Below, one piece after another: positions 22,927-33,331 of a stretch of DNA of 64,000 nt; positions within the stretch are counted from its first letter, which is position 1, and each line of letters opens with the position of its first letter. Origin of the DNA: a virus (Duplodnaviria > Heunggongvirae > Uroviricota > Caudoviricetes); the IMG/VR virus record IMGVR_UViG_3300031418_000001; one strand, written 5' to 3'. Under the pieces are notes generated by a model. That model was not told where the DNA came from and made no database searches. It was given only the letters and a program-made list of their open reading frames with translations. The position numbers and the translations under genes were made by a program.

Positions 22927-22955
22927 TTGACCTCCCTAATAGGTATTGGTAAGAT
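22927..22955 (+). promoter_or_regulatory. Sigma70-like promoter of the ter cluster
   Basis: TTGACC-N17-TAAGAT, preceded by direct repeat aaatgatattt (22893, 22912). Confidence 0.6.
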
Positions 22956-22987
22956 ACAAGCACTTAAACAACGAGGAATTAAAAAAA

Positions 22988-23710
22988 ATGGCATTATCTC
23001 TGGATAAAGAGCAAACTAAAGTTAAACTATCACTGGAAAAAGTAACCAAAAAAGCGGTTCCACCAGTGCAGGTTAAACTTCTTACTGACGTTTCTGGTTC
23101 CATGCAGTCGAACTATGATAAGAATCGTGGTTACATGTATCCGATTCTTCAACGCAGTATTGCGATGGCAAGCATCATTGATCCTGATAAAGTAGTGCAG
23201 ATTATCGCCTTTGATACAAAGGCATACGAGCTGGGTGATTTCGGTGTTGATTCATTCGATAGCATCTGGAAAGAATTTGATTCAAAACGTTTTTGGGGCG
23301 GTACTGATTACTCAGCAGCCTTTAATAAAGTACTTGAAACTCGTACTCCATCAGTTACCAAAAAAGCAAAAGGTTTCTTTGGTAAACTGTTAGGTAAAAC
23401 TGAAACGGTGCAGGGTACTCCAAGTACTTCTGAACCTGAACTGATCATCTTCTTTACTGATGGTGCAGATGGTGGTTCTGACCGTGAATTTATTGAAGCA
23501 GTAAGTAAAGTACTTGATGAAAACACGTATCTAATGTGTATCGGTGCTGAGGGTGGTGAATATTATTATTCTAAACTCAATAAACTGGCTGATGAGCGTG
23601 ATAACGTTGGTTTTGTGTACTTTAAGGATGCAAAAAACTTGTCAGACGACACGTTTTATGATACCATTCTTTCCGGTGAGTTAGGCAAATGGTTGGAAAA
23701 ATTTGCTTAA
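22988..23710 (+). CDS. vWA domain protein of the ter cluster (TerF-vWA type)
   Basis: MIDAS DVSGSM, GGTDY, FFTDG; adjacent to TerC/TerD. Confidence 0.85.
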   Translation: MALSLDKEQTKVKLSLEKVTKKAVPPVQVKLLTDVSGSMQSNYDKNRGYMYPILQRSIAMASIIDPDKVVQIIAFDTKAYELGDFGVDSFDSIWKEFDSKRFWGGTDYSAAFNKVLETRTPSVTKKAKGFFGKLLGKTETVQGTPSTSEPELIIFFTDGADGGSDREFIEAVSKVLDENTYLMCIGAEGGEYYYSKLNKLADERDNVGFVYFKDAKNLSDDTFYDTILSGELGKWLEKFA

Positions 23711-23789
23711 TTAAGTACTAAAAAATAAGCGGGAATAATAATGTTCCCGCACTAAAACAAAACACTTTACAAAAGGTTTAATACATAAA

Positions 23790-24848
23790 ATGAAAAGTAC
23801 TGTAAGTTACTTCCGTGGGGCGATTGCATTTCTCGTTGTGGGTATTGTTTTCTCCGCAGTTGATGGTTATATGTACGGTGGCATGGCGGCTGCAATTCCA
23901 GCAGTACTGACCATGTTGATGCTGGCAGGTCTGGAAATCAGTATGTCGTTTGATAATGCGGTAGTTAACGCAACTATCCTTCGTCATATGTCTCCATTCT
24001 GGCGTAAGATGTTCCTGACGATTGGTATGTTCATTGCAGTATTCGGTATGCGAGCATTCTTCCCGTTAGTTATTATTTCGGTAACTGCTGGTACTTCATT
24101 ACTGGAATCTGGAAAGATTGCATTGTTCGACCATGAACGGTTCCAATCTATTATGTTAGGTGCTCATATGAGTATCATGGGCTTCGGTGCTGCGTTCCTT
24201 CTGATGGTAGGTCTGAACTACTTCGTACAGAAAGAACATGAAACTATCTGGCTCCCGTTTGAAAAGTGGTTTGAAAAATTACCAGAAGGTATTGTTTCAC
24301 GTGTAGTAGTATTCTGGTTACTTCTTTCTCCAGTACTGGCAGGTGTGTACTTTACTCATCCAGCAGAGTTCTTTGGTTTCGCCAAATCAGTAGGTGTAGG
24401 TTTCGCATCTTATATGATTCTGGAAGGTATTAAACATGTAGTAGGTGGTGGTGATATTGCATCCCTTGCAGCTAAACATGGTATCCTTGCATTCTTGTGG
24501 CTGGAACTGATTGATGCTTCATTCTCTGTTGATGGTGTAGTAGGTGCATTCGCAATTACTAATGATCCGATTCTGATTATGATTGGTTGTGGTCTGGTTG
24601 GTGCAATGACAGTACGTGATGCAACTGTTTACCTGGTTGAAACGAACAAACTTGATTCATATGAGTTCCTTGAACCAGCAGCAATGTGGGCGATTATCGC
24701 ACTGGTTGCAATCATGTTTGTAAGTGCCTTTGGTATCGAAGTACCTGAAATTGTTGCTGGTGGTATCAGTATTGCAATCATCATTGCAGGTGTTGTATGC
24801 AGCATCCGTAAAAATGGCCTGCATTCACCGGTTTCAGTAACTGAATAA
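23790..24848 (+). CDS. terC: TerC-family (DUF475-type) integral membrane protein
   Basis: LEISMSFDNAVVNA, IAVFGMR, ELIDASFSVDGVVGAFAIT; many TM helices. Confidence 0.9.
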   Translation: MKSTVSYFRGAIAFLVVGIVFSAVDGYMYGGMAAAIPAVLTMLMLAGLEISMSFDNAVVNATILRHMSPFWRKMFLTIGMFIAVFGMRAFFPLVIISVTAGTSLLESGKIALFDHERFQSIMLGAHMSIMGFGAAFLLMVGLNYFVQKEHETIWLPFEKWFEKLPEGIVSRVVVFWLLLSPVLAGVYFTHPAEFFGFAKSVGVGFASYMILEGIKHVVGGGDIASLAAKHGILAFLWLELIDASFSVDGVVGAFAITNDPILIMIGCGLVGAMTVRDATVYLVETNKLDSYEFLEPAAMWAIIALVAIMFVSAFGIEVPEIVAGGISIAIIIAGVVCSIRKNGLHSPVSVTE

Positions 24849-24945
24849 CAAAAAGTATTTGACAGAGTACGTGTGAAAGCGTACTCTATACCTGAACGAT
24901 AAAACTGTTAAACAAATTTAATTCTCACATATAAGGAATACAATC

Positions 24946-25527
24946 ATGGCTCTCAATCTCGTTAAAGGTTCTTCACTGCCAATCACCAAAGAAGACAACA
25001 CTCCGCTGAAAAAAGTACGTGTTAATCTGTCATGGAATCCAAACGAATCCAAATCACAACACGCTTTTGATCTGGATGTTATGTCTGCTGTATGTAAGAA
25101 TGAAGCACTGCAAGCGATTGGCGAATCACATATTGCATTCTTCAACCAGAAAAATACCCCAGCTATCATTGTTTCTCCTGATAGCCTGACTGGTGATGCT
25201 GCTGGCGTTGATGAATTCCTGATCATCAACCTGGAAGCGGCTGTAGCGGCTGGTGCAACACATATTCCAGTACTGGTAACTATCTACGGTGCTTCACGTA
25301 AAGGTCAGAACTTCTCAATGGTTGACGGTGCTACCGTTGAACTGGTTGACGAATCAACTGGTACTGTTCTTGGTTCTTGTAACATTACCGAACAGGGTTC
25401 TTCTACTGATGAATCTTTGCTGGTGGGTGTATTTGAGAAACAGGCTGATGGTACTTTCAAGTACAATCAAACCAATGAGTTCTTCGATAAATCTTTCGAA
25501 GAGTGGTTGAGCCTGATCAACTCCTAA
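24946..25527 (+). CDS. terD: TerD-family protein
   Basis: LNLVKG, LSW..FDLD, D.LTG...GVDE, VTIY....GQNF. Confidence 0.85.
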   Translation: MALNLVKGSSLPITKEDNTPLKKVRVNLSWNPNESKSQHAFDLDVMSAVCKNEALQAIGESHIAFFNQKNTPAIIVSPDSLTGDAAGVDEFLIINLEAAVAAGATHIPVLVTIYGASRKGQNFSMVDGATVELVDESTGTVLGSCNITEQGSSTDESLLVGVFEKQADGTFKYNQTNEFFDKSFEEWLSLINS

Positions 25528-25611
25528 TCAGTAATATAGGGGTACTATTAAGTACCCCATAATTTTTTGAAAACAAATAATTAAGTACTAAAGACAAAAG
25601 GATATATTATT

Positions 25612-26196
25612 ATGGCCGGTTTATCTCTTGAAAAAAAGCAAAAAATGTCCCTCAACAAATCAAGCGGTACTACACTGAAACGTGTTCGTGCTGAACTTCG
25701 TTGGGATGCTCCTGAAAATACCCGCTTTGAATATGATGCCGATGCAAGTGCATTTGTATTGGATGCGAGCCAGAAAGCAGTAGAAAACTATAAACACTTT
25801 TGTTTTTACAGTCAGCCAAATACCCCAGCTATCGTAAGCTCTGGTGATAACCGTACTGGTGGTGGTGATGGCGAAGACCTGACCATTGACCTGACTAAAG
25901 TACCTTCTGCTGGTGAACATATCAGTATCGTTATTACCCTGCATGATGCTGCTGCACGTGGTCAGAACCTGTCACAGATCGCAAATGGTTCACTGACTCT
26001 GGTAGATGATGAATCAGGTAAAGCACTGGCTCACGTGGTACTGGATATGAACACTGTAACACGCTCTGATATTTCTATGCTGTTCGTAATGCTTCATCGC
26101 AACGGTTCAGATTGGGATATTGAGAACGTAACTCAGGGCTATCCACAAGATCTGTCTTCATGGGTTGATTTGTACGGAATTGACTTGAACAAATAA
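25612..26196 (+). CDS. terD: TerD-family protein
   Basis: LRWD..DADASAF, SGDNRTGGGDGE, IDL.KVP, HDAAARGQN. Confidence 0.9.
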   Translation: MAGLSLEKKQKMSLNKSSGTTLKRVRAELRWDAPENTRFEYDADASAFVLDASQKAVENYKHFCFYSQPNTPAIVSSGDNRTGGGDGEDLTIDLTKVPSAGEHISIVITLHDAAARGQNLSQIANGSLTLVDDESGKALAHVVLDMNTVTRSDISMLFVMLHRNGSDWDIENVTQGYPQDLSSWVDLYGIDLNK

Positions 26197-26258
26197 GCCA
26201 AAGGTAGTATTATTAGTGGGTGCTGAGAAGCATCCACTTTTTCATAAGGATAGCAGTA

Positions 26259-27251
26259 ATGAGTACAGATTATAAAAACCTTTTTAATAAAAACAAAAAA
26301 GATTATTCTAATCTGTTTTCAGACTCTAACACGAAAGATGAACTTCAGGACTCAAAGATGGCATACAAAACCCTATTTGGAAGTACTGAACCTGAAAAGA
26401 AAGAAGATAATGTAAGTACTGATAAAAAGAAATATGGTAATATGTTTGGTTCTTCAAAACCAAGTAAGCCAGTTTTCCCACCTGTGCAAAGTGCACCAGT
26501 ACCTACACCAGTTAAGAAAAGCTATGTCCCTGAACGTAAAGTAGATCCACGATTTGCAGAAATTGCTGTGATTGATGATACTGTACCAGGTAACACTGTA
26601 ATTATGTGGCTTGATAACTTTGAACATCTTCTATCTGAATTGGGTACTAACAACCAAAAATTAGCAGATGAAGAATTAACTCTTACCCAAGAATTCATTG
26701 AAGAACGATCTGGAATTCAGGATGCATTCAGTGGTATCAAAGAATTATTATCTACATTGAAAGCACCTGAGAAAAAGAAAGGCATTCTCAGTAAATTCTT
26801 TGGTTCTGATGAACCTGAATTTGTAATTACTCGTACTATGATTGATGAAGTAATTACAGGTATTCGTGAGTTAATTAAAACGCAGAACAACAAGCAGAAA
26901 TATGGTGGTAAGATCTTTTTAAAATCAAAATTAGATCAAATGGCTACCCGTATTGCTGATATGAAATTAAATGCACAATGTGCTTATGTAGCATGTAAGT
27001 ACTTAGCTGATCGTGGTGATTATAAAGCAGAAGTACGTTTAGAACGTATAGCTAAAATTAACCAGATTATTACTATATCAGAATTGTCTTTGTTGGATTC
27101 ATATAAAAAGCTCAGTTTAGATCTTGAGAAATATGAAGACCTGAAACAAACAACTGTTCCAGTACTGTACATTAAGCTACAGAATCTCATGAATAATACA
27201 TTAGATCCTGATGCAATGAATCTTATCAACAAAATTGATGAACTTAATTGA
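26259..27251 (+). CDS. Helical protein of the ter/tel cluster with N-terminal YxxLF repeats
   Basis: ATG 26259 after AAGGA; low-complexity N-terminus, coiled-coil C-terminus. Confidence 0.7.
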   Translation: MSTDYKNLFNKNKKDYSNLFSDSNTKDELQDSKMAYKTLFGSTEPEKKEDNVSTDKKKYGNMFGSSKPSKPVFPPVQSAPVPTPVKKSYVPERKVDPRFAEIAVIDDTVPGNTVIMWLDNFEHLLSELGTNNQKLADEELTLTQEFIEERSGIQDAFSGIKELLSTLKAPEKKKGILSKFFGSDEPEFVITRTMIDEVITGIRELIKTQNNKQKYGGKIFLKSKLDQMATRIADMKLNAQCAYVACKYLADRGDYKAEVRLERIAKINQIITISELSLLDSYKKLSLDLEKYEDLKQTTVPVLYIKLQNLMNNTLDPDAMNLINKIDELN

Positions 27252-27261
27252 GGAAATATAA

Positions 27262-28344
27262 ATGGCATACGGCAATCTCTTTAATAATGATTCTAAACCT
27301 GTTAAAACGGTAGAAAGTACTAAAGTACTGGAAGGTACTTTTGAACCAGCACAAAAACAACTTCCATCAGTACTGACTGATTCCGATGGTCGTTCTTTCA
27401 ATATGTCTATTTCCGAGATCTCTAAGTTCGGTACAGTACGTGCTCAGAACAGTACTGACCTGAACAACCAGTTACTTAAGAAAACAATGGTAGCTGATAG
27501 TGGTGTAATGGGCCAGAACATGATGCAGGTAATGGCACTGACCGAAAAGGTTGATCTGGATGCACTGAGTGATAATGGTCTTTTCAGTAAAATCCGTAAC
27601 CGCTTCCAGGATGCTAAACTTCGTGTTAAAGCACAGTACACCACTGTAGAAGGTCAGATTGACGATGTAGTTAAGAAACTGACTACTGACATTGAATCAA
27701 TGCGTCAGGAAGCTGACTGGCTGCAAAAAGTATATGAAGCCAACAAAGTTGATATTGCGGGTTTTGAAAAAGATCTTCAGGTAATGCAGAACTTTATGAA
27801 GGACTGCGAAGACCATGTACTGTACCTTCAGAACAGTAATGCAAGTACTAACGATGTTGAAGAAGCACGTCTTCTTCTGAATGCAGTAAGTCGTCAGGTT
27901 GATGTACTTGTTAAGATGAAATCAATTGCTGATCTTACTGCTCCAGAAGTTCGTTCTTTACAGGTATCTAATGTACAGAACATTGAGAAGTTCAATACTA
28001 TTATTACTGCTACTATTCCTATCTGGAAAAAGCAGATGAATATTGCACTTCAGGCTAATCTGGATCGTGAACGTATTGCATATGGCAATAAGCTGGATAA
28101 CTTTACCGATGACCTGATCCGTAATACTGCTAAGCAGGTTGGTCAGAATATGATCGAAAGTACTAAAGCATCACAAAGTAATGTTGCAAGTGCAGATGCG
28201 ATTATCGAAGCTACTGCTTCTCTTACCCGCGATATTCAGGAAAGTATTAAACTGGAAAAAGCTGGTCATGAAACTCGCAAACAGAATGCTGCTAAAATTC
28301 ATGCTGCTGTCGGTGATATGAAACAAGCTCTACGTGGTGTTTAA
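27262..28344 (+). CDS. telA: TelA/KlaA toxic-anion-resistance family protein
   Basis: Coiled coil; KAQYTTVEGQID, LQKVYEAN, APEVRSLQ..N...IEK, TIPIWKKQM; ter context. Confidence 0.8.
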   Translation: MAYGNLFNNDSKPVKTVESTKVLEGTFEPAQKQLPSVLTDSDGRSFNMSISEISKFGTVRAQNSTDLNNQLLKKTMVADSGVMGQNMMQVMALTEKVDLDALSDNGLFSKIRNRFQDAKLRVKAQYTTVEGQIDDVVKKLTTDIESMRQEADWLQKVYEANKVDIAGFEKDLQVMQNFMKDCEDHVLYLQNSNASTNDVEEARLLLNAVSRQVDVLVKMKSIADLTAPEVRSLQVSNVQNIEKFNTIITATIPIWKKQMNIALQANLDRERIAYGNKLDNFTDDLIRNTAKQVGQNMIESTKASQSNVASADAIIEATASLTRDIQESIKLEKAGHETRKQNAAKIHAAVGDMKQALRGV

Positions 28345-28360
28345 TTACAAGTACTGATAA

Positions 28361-28384
28361 AAAACCCCGCATTGCGGGGTTTTT
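28361..28384 (+). terminator. Rho-independent terminator ending the ter cluster
   Basis: aaaaccccgc-att-gcggggttttt. Confidence 0.85.
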
Positions 28385-28399
28385 CTTTATGGTGAGATA

Positions 28400-28687
28400 A
28401 TGATAGGTTCATTTTATATCGGCAAGAAAACATTCAAATTCATTAAGAACTATGTCTTTGGGTGGGATGTAACGGATCTCCGTAATAAAGAAAATGTAGT
28501 TATACGTTACTTACATAAAAAGTATGATGAGTTTACAGTACTTATTATCCTTGCATGTATTGGTGGTATCTTTAATATAATTCTCGGTTTATTTTGTGGT
28601 AAAATCGGTGAGATTATATCAACGATTGATATTCTATTAAGTATTCTAAGTGCTTATTTCATTGTAAAAGAAAGTGAGGGTGTATGA
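28400..28687 (+). CDS. Hypothetical membrane protein
   Basis: Two hydrophobic segments. Confidence 0.6.
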   Translation: MIGSFYIGKKTFKFIKNYVFGWDVTDLRNKENVVIRYLHKKYDEFTVLIILACIGGIFNIILGLFCGKIGEIISTIDILLSILSAYFIVKESEGV

Positions 28688-29049
28688 TCTGGTTTGTATT
28701 ATTTCAACTAATTGGTTTTGCTGCTGTTATTGGTTTATGGTTTTTATATGGTAAGTACTTCCATAAATCTCCAGGTGAATCATGGTATGACGTGATTCTT
28801 GATAATATTAAGAAGTTCTTCGTAAGTTTCTTCGTTATGTTCTGTCTTCTTTGTGTTGTTATGGCTAAACCATTATATAACACAGGAAAATGTTCTATTC
28901 ATGGTACAAGCATGAATGCTAATACTAAGTACTCATGGGTTATGGGAACTTGTTTAATGGAAACTAAAAACAAATCATGGATTCCAGTTAAAATTACCCG
29001 TGGTGTACCGGACGGTGCTGATAATGATCATGATGGTTATCCAGACTAA
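28684..29049 (+). CDS. Hypothetical membrane protein
   Basis: Two TM segments, ATGA overlap with upstream ORF. Confidence 0.65.
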   Translation: MIWFVLFQLIGFAAVIGLWFLYGKYFHKSPGESWYDVILDNIKKFFVSFFVMFCLLCVVMAKPLYNTGKCSIHGTSMNANTKYSWVMGTCLMETKNKSWIPVKITRGVPDGADNDHDGYPD

Positions 29050-29060
29050 GGTTAATTAAA

Positions 29061-29291
29061 ATGTCCAGAAGTTATAGAGATAAAGAAAGATTAGAAAGCC
29101 GGAAAGCAGATATTGAAATCGGTGATGCATTAAATAGCTTACACCATGATGATCTTGCTCAACGATATGTTAAAGCTAAAAGTACTAAAACTATCTATCG
29201 TTTCGGTAATAAAAGAAAAACCGTAGCCAAAGAAAAAATCCAGGCACGTAGAACACAACGTAAAAAGGATAATGATATAAATGATTATTAG
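29061..29291 (+). CDS. Small basic hypothetical protein
   Basis: 76 aa, MSRSYR start. Confidence 0.6.
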   Translation: MSRSYRDKERLESRKADIEIGDALNSLHHDDLAQRYVKAKSTKTIYRFGNKRKTVAKEKIQARRTQRKKDNDINDY

Positions 29292-29470
29292 TCTTTTATA
29301 TGCAACAATAACAATGATTCTAATTGTGTTTTGTACTGTTTTCGTCTGTTACTGTATATTTTGTATAATTGTTGGTGCAGCATTAGCAGTATACTACGTT
29401 GCACTGATAATTTATAAACTTATCCGTAAAGTACTTAATAAAAGAACCAGTAAATTACGTAACAACAGAT

Positions 29471-29492
29471 AAAGAGGCTTCGGCCTCTTTTT
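29471..29492 (+). terminator. UUCG-loop terminator (near-identical copy at 32810-32832)
   Basis: agaggc-ttcg-gcctct-tttt. Confidence 0.85.
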
Positions 29493-29508
29493 CCACATGG
29501 TAAGTTAG

Positions 29509-29994
29509 ATGAAATTAGAAGATCAAATTAAAGTACTGGATGAAGTACTACAATCCATGAAACCAGCAAAAGATAGTTTTAATCCTATTATATCACTTGC
29601 ACCATATCAAAAAAGAAATATTGGTGGTGTGGTTATAGTTGAATTTGATTCAAGAAAATATCAAAATTTTAATTGGGATGTTTGGCGTATCAATGACAAT
29701 ACCCATTATTTTTGTATTGCTATTAATGACAGATTTTATGACTTATCTGTTATGATTACAGAAAAATATAGTGAAGATTATAGTTTATATATTAGATATA
29801 ATTTAATTGACATGAGATTTTATGTTGGTGAAAGATATCGTGATGATGACAATAAAATTTCATTTGATGAAAAACCTAATAAAGAAGATCTTTTTAATTT
29901 ATCTCTTGGATATGACAAAGTACACGAAGCATTTGAAATACTCAATATTGCAATTAAAAATAAAGACATGTTTATGCGGGATTTAAAAGGATAA
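29509..29994 (+). CDS. Hypothetical protein, F(N/Q)-motif paralog family
   Basis: C-terminal NKEDLFNLSLGYD. Confidence 0.7.
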   Translation: MKLEDQIKVLDEVLQSMKPAKDSFNPIISLAPYQKRNIGGVVIVEFDSRKYQNFNWDVWRINDNTHYFCIAINDRFYDLSVMITEKYSEDYSLYIRYNLIDMRFYVGERYRDDDNKISFDEKPNKEDLFNLSLGYDKVHEAFEILNIAIKNKDMFMRDLKG

Positions 29995-30197
29995 TTTATG
30001 TTTATTTTAGTACTTAAAATATTATTAGCATACCTGTGTATTGGTATTGTATTTCTGTTAATACGGAACCTTATACAGATGATTATGTACGGTATAGGTA
30101 TGGGATTGATGTACATTTGCAAGTACTCTTATATCGGTCTTAAACGTGGATTTTTATATATTCGGGAGAAATTCTTTAAATTATAAGATGAGGTATT

Positions 30198-30695
30198 ATG
30201 TTTGTTTTTGAAGATGAAGAACCAGAAGAATTATATGATCCTGAACTGGATGGTATCAGTCATATAAACACTTACTCAAAAGGTAAAACTGAACTTGGAC
30301 GAATGTTATCGAATTTCTACTATGCACCATTTGAGCATCCAGAATACGGTAAATTCGACTCAGTAGAAGGTTTCTGGTACTGGTATCAGACAGGCCAGCA
30401 ACATGAAGTACTGCGTACCCTGCACGGTTATAAAGCTAAGCAGGAAGGTAAGAAGTATGAAAGGGTCGATATTGACGTTGAGTACTTCTATGAAAAAGTC
30501 CTTGAATGCATAGGATTGAAGATCATAAATAGTCCAGAAATTTATGAAGCATTAAAGTTAAGTACTCTTCCATTTGTACATTATTACCGGTATGGTGACG
30601 AGAATCCTAAAGTCATTAAAGTACCGTGCGAATGGATGATGAACGGAATTAACAATATTAGATTTATTATTAAACAACATGGAGCTATACAATGA
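30198..30695 (+). CDS. NADAR-like protein
   Basis: GRMLSNFYYAPF....FDSVEGFW, G..AK..GK; resembles T4 gp30.3/YbiA pattern. Confidence 0.55.
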   Translation: MFVFEDEEPEELYDPELDGISHINTYSKGKTELGRMLSNFYYAPFEHPEYGKFDSVEGFWYWYQTGQQHEVLRTLHGYKAKQEGKKYERVDIDVEYFYEKVLECIGLKIINSPEIYEALKLSTLPFVHYYRYGDENPKVIKVPCEWMMNGINNIRFIIKQHGAIQ

Positions 30696-31831
30696 AAAGT
30701 ACTAAAACATACCAAGAAGCAATTGAATTCCTAAACAAACTACCACTTGGTACTTCAGAACTTGATGTAATTATTAACTACTCTAAAGATAATGTAGATA
30801 TTCATTTTAAACAGGATGAAGGTAGTGCAATTCCGCATTTCATTCACTCTAAAGCTATCCAGTACATTGAAGATATTGACAAAGCTATTCGCAAAGAGCA
30901 TGAAGTTCCGCTAAAAGCAGTTGACACTCGTAAATCTCTCAGTACTCAATCTTATTCGTTGAAGACTGCTCTTGAACTACTTAAACATTCTTATGATATT
31001 AAATTCAATGAACTTGAGATTCACGTTCATCCTAAATCAGTAACAGTCATTTCCAGACAAAATAACGAAGAACTACCATTTATTCCTGAAAATGGAGTTA
31101 AATTACTTCTTGATTCTGGTATTCAAAGAATTGAAGATGCATTAAAAGTACTCCAGGAAAAAGAGAAAAAAGATCAACGTCTTTTTGAAGAAACGTTAAA
31201 AGAAAGTCCACTACCTAAAGTAAAAGACTTTTTTGAGAATTTAATGTCTAAACTGGATAATATTGATATGTCTCCAATTGAAAGCATTCGTGAGAAAGCA
31301 GAACAACTAATCAAAGATCAATGTTACGATAAATGGGATGATACACCATTTGGTCGTTCTGTTGTTGAAATGAAAAAGTTACTTGAATCACTTGATTCCA
31401 TCACTGAAGATTCATACTTCGAGAAAATTAAAAGTAAATTGCAGTCTTATAATCGCCAAGTAATCGCCCTGAATGATTCTCGTAAAGAACTTGATAAGCT
31501 ATTCTCTGAACTACCAAATAAGGATAAGTTCAGTGTTAACTATGATCAAGCTGGATTTGTTGATATTGTACAAGTACCATTAGTATCTTTCATTAAGCGT
31601 ACTGGTATTCGTTATGCTAATGCAGAAGGTACTAAAATTGAAGGTTTTGTTTATGAAATTCAAGCTGATGGTAGTTATATTGAATTACTTCAGTATGACG
31701 TAAATTCTATTAATTACTTCAATGATGACATTATTGTTGCTGAAGAAAAAGTACCATTCGAACGCTTCACGATCACCAAGTCAGGAAACCGTACATTTGC
31801 AGTCGAAGTCATTGACACGCCAGTGTTTTAA
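30692..31831 (+). CDS. Hypothetical protein
   Basis: 379-aa ORF, ATGA overlap. Confidence 0.7.
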   Translation: MKSTKTYQEAIEFLNKLPLGTSELDVIINYSKDNVDIHFKQDEGSAIPHFIHSKAIQYIEDIDKAIRKEHEVPLKAVDTRKSLSTQSYSLKTALELLKHSYDIKFNELEIHVHPKSVTVISRQNNEELPFIPENGVKLLLDSGIQRIEDALKVLQEKEKKDQRLFEETLKESPLPKVKDFFENLMSKLDNIDMSPIESIREKAEQLIKDQCYDKWDDTPFGRSVVEMKKLLESLDSITEDSYFEKIKSKLQSYNRQVIALNDSRKELDKLFSELPNKDKFSVNYDQAGFVDIVQVPLVSFIKRTGIRYANAEGTKIEGFVYEIQADGSYIELLQYDVNSINYFNDDIIVAEEKVPFERFTITKSGNRTFAVEVIDTPVF

Positions 31832-31870
31832 ATGGTAAAATTCCCCATCAATTCAAAGGTGGGGATAAAA

Positions 31871-32320
31871 ATGTATCGTTATCAGTTAGAGCAAGAATTA
31901 CCAAAATTTCAGCATTTGCTGTTTGCTAATAAAGAAACAGCACTTGCATCCGGTATTGAAGGAACTGTTTATATTGGTCATCCGGCAGTACATCATGTTT
32001 GTTCCATCAATCTAAAACAGAATAAAGAATCAGGTGAAAGTACTCGCTCAGTACAATTCATCTACATTCGTACCTTTTGGGATGAACCCAAGAAACAGTA
32101 CACGTACATGATTGAAACCGCAGAAGATGGATGTTCATCAAGTTTCCAAGGTGTACGCAGTAACGTATACGATGCATTCAAGTTCGCGGAAACGTTGAAA
32201 TCAGATACAGTACATGTGACAAAGTACGATACTGTTAGTGGTGAAGAACTTTGTCACTACGGTTTTCGCTGGAATCAGAAACCGGACTTTGAACGTTGCA
32301 AAAAAGATCTCAATGAATGA
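31871..32320 (+). CDS. Hypothetical protein
   Basis: ATG after GGGG RBS. Confidence 0.65.
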   Translation: MYRYQLEQELPKFQHLLFANKETALASGIEGTVYIGHPAVHHVCSINLKQNKESGESTRSVQFIYIRTFWDEPKKQYTYMIETAEDGCSSSFQGVRSNVYDAFKFAETLKSDTVHVTKYDTVSGEELCHYGFRWNQKPDFERCKKDLNE

Positions 32321-32649
32321 AAAAGAAAAATGTAAAGAAGATACTTGAAGTACTTAATGATTTGAAATCGGGTACAATATCAAAGCCGAATCATGGTATC
32401 TGTATTAATCTCATGTTTACATTGGATTGTACTGATTGTATCTCTGAATTTACTAATCAAGCATTCACGCAAATTTACGGAAATGAAGACTCATATCCAA
32501 TTGAAGGTAATTCATTGGGTTATATTCAGAATAAGGATAAGTGGAATCCTGATACTGAGTATGGTAAAAAGCGTTTAGAATTGCTTGATAAACTCATTGA
32601 GTTCGCGGAAGGTAAATTATGCAAAACAAACTATTTGTATTCACTATAA
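32317..32649 (+). CDS. Hypothetical protein, paralog of 33328-33657
   Basis: Shares GIC.NL, YP.EG, KWNPDT.(Y/F)GKKRLEL. Confidence 0.7.
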   Translation: MKKKNVKKILEVLNDLKSGTISKPNHGICINLMFTLDCTDCISEFTNQAFTQIYGNEDSYPIEGNSLGYIQNKDKWNPDTEYGKKRLELLDKLIEFAEGKLCKTNYLYSL

Positions 32650-32905
32650 AACGTACTTATGCAGATAAGGTACGTGAAAGTAAGTATCAAATACCTGCAA
32701 AAAATCGTGATGAAGCACTGATCAAATTAGGTCAGAATTTCAACAACGCAAAAGATGAATATGAACTGGAATTGTTAGAGGGTTAATCCAACATTTTCAG
32801 TACTTAATTAGAGGCTTCGGCCTCTTTTTTTTGGTCTAAATTTTGGTTGCATTAGGCTGGTGGTTCAGATATAATTTTATAAAATTTACTAATTAAGAAA
32901 TCGAA

Positions 32906-33331
32906 ATGACCCGCATTAATCTTGTACCAGTTCAGGAACTTGCAGATCAACACCTCATGGCTGAGTACCGTGAATTACCTCGCATTTTTGGTGCAGTACG
33001 TAAACATGTACAGGGTGAGAAGAAAGTAAAAGATTTCAACATATCTAATACATACCTATTGGGTACTGGACACGTGACCTTTTTCTACGACAAACTAAAA
33101 TTCCTTGCTGATCGTCATTACGATTTAGTACTTGAATGCTTAAGACGTGGTATCAATATCTCTAACACCGGAATAAATGACATTTCAGATATTCCTGATG
33201 AATGGTGCAGTACTTATATACCAACAGATAAAGATATTGAACTATCACGTTCTCGTATTTTAGAGAAGATTCAGGCTAAGCCTGAGTTCTATCGCTGGAC
33301 TTCAACTAATAAACCACTATGGGTACAATGA
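32906..33331 (+). CDS. denV: Pyrimidine-dimer DNA glycosylase (T4 endonuclease V)
   Basis: MTRINL...[32 protein letters not shown]; TTGCAT-N17-TATAAT promoter at 32847. Confidence 0.95.
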   Translation: MTRINLVPVQELADQHLMAEYRELPRIFGAVRKHVQGEKKVKDFNISNTYLLGTGHVTFFYDKLKFLADRHYDLVLECLRRGINISNTGINDISDIPDEWCSTYIPTDKDIELSRSRILEKIQAKPEFYRWTSTNKPLWVQ

